The notes under the pieces: model-generated | The model's input: the letters and a program-made list of their open reading frames with translations, nothing else | What the model was told of the DNA's origin: nothing | Databases searched by the model: none | Assembly (NCBI GenBank): GCA_964016885.1 | Contig: OZ024746.1 | Span: 40,672,001 to 40,736,000, forward strand | DNA: 64,000 bases | Direction of reading: 5' to 3' | From: Eledone cirrhosa | Taxonomy: Eukaryota | Translations under genes and position numbers: made by a program | Part shown: one piece after another, positions 57,826 to 64,000 of the stretch | Layout of the letters: each line of letters begins with the position of its first letter | Position numbering within the stretch: position 1 is the first letter of the stretch

Positions 57826-60800
57826 GGGAGAGAGAACATGCATAGCGTGACAATGTGGTCAGGTTAACACGCAGGCCTGTAGTCTAAATCACTATGTTGC
57901 ACGCATTCAAACCATTCCATACAGTGGCTGTTCAAAATAGTACTCAGCCGTATCAGTGTTACAAGGTTCTTCCCCTTAGGGATTAACAAAACCTTTAGAG
58001 TGTCGGACAAAATGGTAAGCGGCATTTAGTTACAGCCCTTTATGCTCTGAGTTTAAATCTCGCCGAGGTCAGCTTTGTCTTTCAAATTTACGGGATCAAT
58101 GATATATAGTTCCTCTCCACAAATTGCAGGTCTTCTTGTGTCTAAATTAGTAATTATCACTTACAAACAGTTAGCTGTGGTTTAAGAATTTAAGTGAGAT
58201 TTTATTCCTATTTCTAGTAGGTTGAGTGACTGAGTAAAGCCCATACCTCGACACAAAGATGCATGCACACAAACTGACACGCTTCATTTGAATAAGAATG
58301 CTGCTTCCAAAATATCCAGTGGCAACTGGATAACGTTCTCTCTCAAGTAGCCGACATTTATACAAATAGCAAAAATACTATTTTAATATTTCACTAACAA
58401 TTTTACTACACCAACTTAACTAGTGTTTTTCATGTAGATGGCGTCTGTGAGTCATTTATTCATTAAATATTTATTTGCACATATACCTTATGATTGACAG
58501 GGAGGTGGGAAAAACAGCAAGGACGACGGAAAGGCGAAATTGGTGTATCAGATAAACTTGGGTAGAACGATGTGGATCTTGCTAATTCAGAAAGACAAAA
58601 ATTTAACGCTTACTCAAATGGAAACTAGGAATTTTGTTGAGAGTACGAAAGCCAAACTGTAAACAAGTATTTTATTAAGGAATTGCGACATAAATCATCG
58701 TTGCTTGATTTAAAAAATGTAATTATATCTATACATAAACTCCATACACTCGTGGTCATACTTGACAAGGTCAGATATTGTCAAGTCCTACATACAAACT
58801 TTGATATATGCATGGTCTCGTAACTCCTGATAGGGTTGTAGGGACGTCGTAGTGGGATACGACGTTTCTAAGGCATTTTAAAACCTGGCGGAGCCCATCT
58901 TTCTCCAGGTTTGAACACATGCTATTACTTTCACATAAAAGACGCGAGAAAGAGATATAGAGGAATAATCGACCCCAACCTTTTTATCAACCTCGAAAGG
59001 ATGAAAAACAAAGTTGACCTCGATGAGATTTGAACTCAGAAAGCAGAGAGCCGGAACAAATACAGCAAAACATTCTATCCGACGTTCTAACGACTCAGGC
59101 AATTCGTCGCCCTAAACTTTGATGATACAGAAAGACATTAAACTTTCTTATCAAAATGATGACCTTAAATTTCTCTTGTCACCGATTATAATATTAATAA
59201 TAACGCAAGTATTTCCATAGCCTGGAGAAATAAATACTTACATATACGACATTTGAAACTTAAATGAAATTTTTGGTTATCATATATTCATTTATGACGC
59301 CATCATACAACCACTCGGCTGACCACATTAGAAAATTACAGACAACAGAAAAAATTGTCCTAATTAACTGACAAAAATTTATTTCCTCATTACAAATTTT
59401 TGACAAATTTAATTTAGAGATAAACCTCTAAATCCTGCCCAAATTTTTTATGAAGTTCAAATAATGTATTACTGATATCCATTTACCAGCTGTGAGTGAT
59501 TTGGTGTTATTTGAACATATACTCTTTCCATACCACATTTCTAATGAAACACTATTCCATTTACGTAATTTATAAAATGAAGGGATTTGCTAACATTATT
59601 AATTATGTACTAAGATAACAACTTAACAGGATTTTTATATAAAATTACGTTGGGAGATTATAATTAATATAGGAGTTTTTTTTTAGATGGGTGATTGTTT
59701 CATTAAAACCAGCGGTAATTTTAGGCAGGTTGGTATCAAAAGGATTAAGTATTGATAAATGGGGGGGGGGGGGAACATTTCAGAGTGTTAACATATCCAT
59801 TCTGTTATTTAAAAAAATTATTATTGTAAAATATAAATCCCACCGAGATCAACTTTGCCTTTCATCCTTTTGGGGTCGATTAAATGAAGTACCAGTCATG
59901 TACTGTGGTTGACGTAATCGACCCCCACCCCCTATTATTGGCCTTGTGCCTAAATTAGAAATAATTAAAACTTGTGTTTTACCGAAAAAGTACAAAAATA
60001 GATGAGAATGGCAGACTAACGCTCCCCTAAAACTGAAAACTTTACTTAACACTTTAACATATGTAGTTTAATAGCCAAGAATTATAAGGTTCTAGGTTCA
60101 GCCTCACTGCAAACGATCTTGGGACCACCGGGTCAACATAAGCCGTGTGAATGAATTTGGGTAGACAGAATATGTTTGGAAACCCATCGAATGGACGGCA
60201 CCTATAATTCAAAGACCAGTCTTATGGCTCACCAAGTCACTCTGGATATCCCCGAGAATTACATTAAAGGTTCATGATGGAATACTCACGATAATTTAAC
60301 CAGTAATTAATTCCGTTGACCGAACAATCGAAACCGACAGAGGTCCATTATTTTATATTCAAACAACTCGAGGACTTGTTAAGTGAATACCAACAATGTA
60401 TCGCGTTCAATCAACCGTACAAAATATTTCGTGCCTAATAAACCTGCCCTTTTCGCACACATACAGACAGACAGACAGACAGACAGAGAGGAAAGTGTTC
60501 TGCTTTAACTGTGCAGGAATAAACGGTCAGTTACTATGACGTCATAAATGTTAAATCAATATATCTATGTCTAGACTTATCTATTGAAGTAGAACAGAGG
60601 TTCTGAAAGTGGGCGCTACCCCCTATCTCGGGGGGGGGGGGGGCGTTGAAAAGGCCCGTGAGCGTCGGGGTATAGAGATGATATAACAGTATATTAAATA
60701 TGAAATGATACATATATATATAAATATAGTAAAATAAAAAATATACAATATTTATTTATATATAGTATATATATTATTTACTAGAAGTGGTACCCGGCGT

Positions 60801-61955
60801 TGCACGGAATAAGGTATTTTGGAACGCGGGCCGCCAACAGACCTAATCGTGGATAAACTGCATGCCTGGACAATATGTAAAGAAAATAAACCGAATACTC
60901 TGATGGCTGGATAATCTTTAAGATTTTACTCGATGAAGCAGGAAAAATGCAGGTTTTCACCTAATGCGGGCCCTAGGGGATCAAGAAAATGAATTTTTTT
61001 TATGTGCATAATATGCCTTGAAATTTCGGGAAAATCGGCTAGACATAACGCCTCAAAAAAGCTCTAAAAAGCTGAAAAAACGAAGTTTTTCACCTGATGC
61101 TGGCTCTAGGCCATAAAAAAAGTTGAATTTTCTTTGCTCACGGTATGAAGAAGAGACTGACTAATACATAGTTACAATTTCAAGGAAATCGGTCTGACGT
61201 AACGCCTAAAAAAACCCCTAAAAACCTGAAAAAAACCCGCAGTTTTTCACCTGTGCATAACACTCCCTGAAACATAAATAATACACATGTAAAGTTTGAA
61301 AAAAGTCGATTGGGTACTTCTCGAGTTTTAGGGATTCAAACTCACAGACAGACATCCTCAGAGAAGTGACGTAATGCAGACAGCCAGACATACAGACAGA
61401 TATTAAGTGCGCGACGTTATATGTATGTATCTATCTAAAAAGAGAAACACTAAGAATTATAGAGAGAGATCGCTAAATCGCCTAATGCGGTCCCTAGGGC
61501 ATTGAAAATTTGAAATTTCTTTTGCTCAGAACACTCCCTGAAACATAAGTATTACATGTGTAAAGTTTGAAAACAGTCGGTTGGGTGTTTCTCGAGTTTT
61601 AGGGATTCAAACTCACACACACACATCCTCAGTGTTATATATATAGATTACATGTAAATTAACGATTTTATTTATTATATATTATTTTAATTTGTGTGTA
61701 GGCAGGTCTCTCTGGGAATGGGGTTGGGGGCATTGAGGCTATTACGTTGTCGTGAGGGGGCGGTGGCCCCAAAAGTTCGAGAACCTCTGAAGTAGAGTGT
61801 GAATTGGCAAGAGTAGTTAGAAAAGTGGGATAGAATGATTTGCGGTATTTATTCCGGCTCTCTGCTATCTGAGTTCAAATCCAGCTGAGGTCAACTTTAC
61901 CTTTCATCCATTCAAAGTTGGTAAAAAAAGTACCAGTCTTGTACTAGGGTCTATT

Positions 61956-62015
<60 letters not shown>

Positions 62016-63695
62016 TCTTTATCCTTCTTTATAAGAAACCTGCTGTGTTCAGACCTGGAGAAGATATGGGCTCCTCCAAGTTTAAAAATACCCTATAAAC
62101 GCCATAGAGTTATGGGGCCATACATACATATAATGATAGAATGGTATAGAGTAATGGTAGACTTATCTATTGAAGCAGAGCAAACGTGTTTAAATAACTT
62201 AATATAGTATATATATACACTTGATGTAGTCGTCGGCATGCCCTGGACATTTTACACCTGGCAGAGAACATCCTCTCTCCAAGTCCGAACTCATAGAAGG
62301 ATAGAGAGAAAGGTTTTATGAACTTATTAGTGATTAATCAGGCCAATCGTAGCGTAGAAAGACATGCATGCATGTATGTATGTCCACAGACCTCAAAAAT
62401 GGCACCATTAAGGTCAAAAGATGGAAATGTCCTCATCCAGCAGATATTATGAGTTGGTGGACTGAACACTTTAAATATATGTTTGACAACCCTTCTGTAG
62501 TTTATGAGGAAATTATTTATGGACTGCTGCAAAGGGAGACTAACAGAGATGATGAATGCTCCAACTTTTAATGAGATAAGGTTTACTATCAAAGAGATAA
62601 ACATGGAGAAAGCCCCAGGTTTGGATGGAATTCCTGTTGGACTAATTCGCTTTGGAGGAGACAAAGGTGAGCCTGTCTCGCAAGTCTGGGTAGATGCAAT
62701 TTTGCTCTCGATTTACAAGGGCTTCAAGTTGGAATGTGGTAGGGAAAGTCTTATCCAAGTTTTTTTAATGGATCTGCCCTGGTGCCATCCCTGAGACACA
62801 GTGTGGACTCAGAGCTGGTCGGTGTGCTATGGACATGATCTTCTCAGCCCATCAGCTTATGGAGAAGTGTGTTGAGCAGCAACTGCCACTTTACCAAGTG
62901 TTTGCGGACCTTACCACAACCTTTGATTCTGTTAATCGTAGTGCATTGTGGAAACTCGGATGCCCTCATGAGTTTATTGGAATATTCAGAAAACTCCATC
63001 AAAATATGAAAGCAATGGGACACTTTCAGAGCCAAACGGTTATAAACAAGGCGTCACACCAGTCGGTTATTGTTGTTTAATCCAAAGTTATGCCTAATCA
63101 AGTAGATCCATGATCAAAAGCATTCAAACCACCTAGGACCCATTATCTAATGTGCCCTTCCCTAATATAAAAAGACGATAAAAAAAAACAGAAGGAAAAG
63201 CAGGGGAAGGATGAGGGTGATGGGGAAGGAAGAGAAAGAAGGAAATGGGTGGTGGAAAGGAAGAGAAAGAGAAAGAAAAGGGCGAGGGAAAGGAAGAGAA
63301 AGCAGGGAGAGGGAGATAAAAAGAAAAAGGGTGAGGGAGGGAGAGGGAGAGAAAGAGCGCGGGAAAGGAAGAGAAAGAGAAGGGAGATGGAAAGGAAGAG
63401 CGCGGGAAAGGGAAAGCGCGGGAAAGGGAAAGCGCGGGAAAGGAAGAGGAAGAGAAGGGCAAGGAAAAGGAAGCGAAAGAAGATGAAGGAAAGAAATCGG
63501 GGCCGTTTGTCCTACCTTAATGTCGGTTCCACCCATCGGAAATAATCTAGAACATTGGTCCAAACCAACCGTAGACATACGGTTGTCCATATTCTCCTCG
63601 ATCGAATCGTCTCGAAATCTTCGAAAAATCGAACTTTTCCCAACACCATATTCCCCACAAAGAATGATTTTATAGTGAGGCGGTCCGGTTGCCAT
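49750..63695 (-). CDS. Atypical Rab-family small GTPase, RabX6-like; join complement(63516..63695,49750..50190), 206 aa
   Basis: KIILCGEYGVGKSSIFRRF, STVGLD, LTLWDTGGMER, SSYYRGA and AKIFLCGN resemble Drosophila RabX6 as I recall it. Phase-0 intron of 13.3 kb (gtagga...ttcag). C-terminus KKKKCLLL*. Confidence 0.88.
50358..50395 (-). ncRNA. Degenerate minimal hammerhead in a Penelope-like repeat (~50271-50440)
   Basis: CTGATGA-A-GTAC-TAGC-GTTC-GAAA-CATT; downstream caagcgtaaaactaata resembles 15690-15710; next to (TA)n. Confidence 0.45.
54760..54960 (-). mobile_element. CRE-like C-terminal fragment
   Basis: PVTLETFGVLGSWTTSLLTTIEAELATCRGKPRELKWLF closely matches the 36399 ORF. Confidence 0.75.
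55070..55375 (-). mobile_element. Meta-like SINE, tail type 2
   Basis: Head, core and tail as at 21367. Confidence 0.8.
55593..55852. repeat. ~95-bp imperfect inverted repeat around a hammerhead-like core
   Basis: 55593-55685 vs 55758-55852; CTGAAGA-TGGAT-AAAG-ATCCT-GAAA at 55700-55724. Confidence 0.7.
56456..56640 (+). mobile_element. Meta-like SINE, tail type 1, with TSD
   Basis: 14-bp TSD attattttaacaag at 56442-56455 and 56641-56654. Confidence 0.9.
57388..57578 (-). mobile_element. Meta-like SINE, tail type 1
   Basis: Full head, core and tail; ctattaaata on both flanks. Confidence 0.85.
58805..59112 (-). mobile_element. Meta-like SINE, tail type 2
   Basis: Homologous to 21367 and 55070. 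Confidence 0.8.
60595..61789. mobile_element. hAT-like MITE interrupted by a Helitron
   Basis: TIRs CAGAGGTTCT / AGAACCTCTG; 8-bp TSD aagtagaa / aagtagag. Confidence 0.8.
60781..61647 (-). mobile_element. Non-autonomous Helitron
   Basis: Minus strand: A|TCTATATATATAA start, (GTCT)n, internal subrepeats, subterminal hairpin ccgtgcaacgccgg, CTAG|T end; no TSD. Confidence 0.82.
61797..62157 (+). mobile_element. Meta-like SINE, tail type 2, with expanded (CT)n
   Basis: Head and core present; TSD tagacttatctattgaagYaga at 60572 and 62158. Confidence 0.78.
62340..63050 (+). mobile_element. Decayed RTE/BovB-like RT fragment
   Basis: KAPGLDGIP, ETQCG, DMIFSAHQLMEKC, FADLTTTFDSVNR, KLGCP; many frameshifts. 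Confidence 0.8.
63190..63495. repeat. Polypurine/polypyrimidine low-complexity tract
   Basis: Almost only A/G on the + strand, with gcgcgggaaagg units. Confidence 0.9.
63516..63695 (-). CDS. RabX6-like coding exon 1 (60 aa; exon starts 63716 after a cttttag acceptor)
   Basis: P-loop GEYGVGKS; donor AAG|gtagga. Confidence 0.9.
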
Positions 63696-64000
63696 AGTTA
63701 CTGGAGGTAGTTGGAACTAAAAGAAAAGAAAAAAAAAGAAAATGAAATAAAATGAAATAAAATGAAATGAAAGAAATTGTTTAAAATGTTAATTTAGCCA
63801 GTATTGTAATTAATCACAACACATCAGTTGTGACTAAAATTCTCATTGATCTTCTAATTATTTGTAGTTATTTATTTATTTTTTTTTTTTACTATTTGGT
63901 TGAAAGATATTATGTATTGTGAAGCGAGGTAGAGGACCGTAACATCTGACAGGAAGAATGGATTTTCATAAACAGAATATTGTTTAAATTCCTTAAATAT

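Noticed and set aside
60940-61630. Regularly spaced repeats resembling a CRISPR-like array
   Set aside because: Degenerate internal subrepeats of the Helitron; no unique spacers or cas genes; eukaryotic context
63162-63515. C-terminal 117 aa of the 177-aa ORF, and opposite-strand R/E/G/K-rich ORFs
   Set aside because: Read-through into a low-complexity intron; the donor at 63515 joins in phase to 50190

Overview
AT-rich, repeat-dense animal DNA. The SINE/LINE/microsatellite repertoire looks coleoid cephalopod (octopus-like), which is my inference. I reconstructed three spliced genes by hand. (1) The 5' part of ILKAP (PP2C phosphatase, - strand, 3 coding exons, runs off the left edge). (2) Head-to-head with it, a complete CDK5RAP3/C53 gene (+ strand, 14 coding exons 8876..28638, 1536 nt, 511 aa, all phases consistent). 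(3) A two-coding-exon RabX6-like atypical small GTPase (- strand, 63695..49750, 206 aa) with a degenerate G4 motif and a KKKKCLLL tail. The rest is truncated retrotransposons (RTE, CR1, CRE-like with a restriction-like endonuclease), tRNA-derived SINEs, piggyBac- and hAT-like MITEs, a Helitron and microsatellites. The most notable unannotated signals are: dispersed Penelope-type minimal hammerhead ribozyme motifs beside microsatellites, one apparently intact and in the sense strand of a CDK5RAP3 intron; SINE/LINE shared 3' tails, including a possible SINE-CRE partnership; a ~1 kb intronic inverted repeat; perfect palindromes; and a SINE>hAT>Helitron nest. All calls are from reading by eye, with no database searches.
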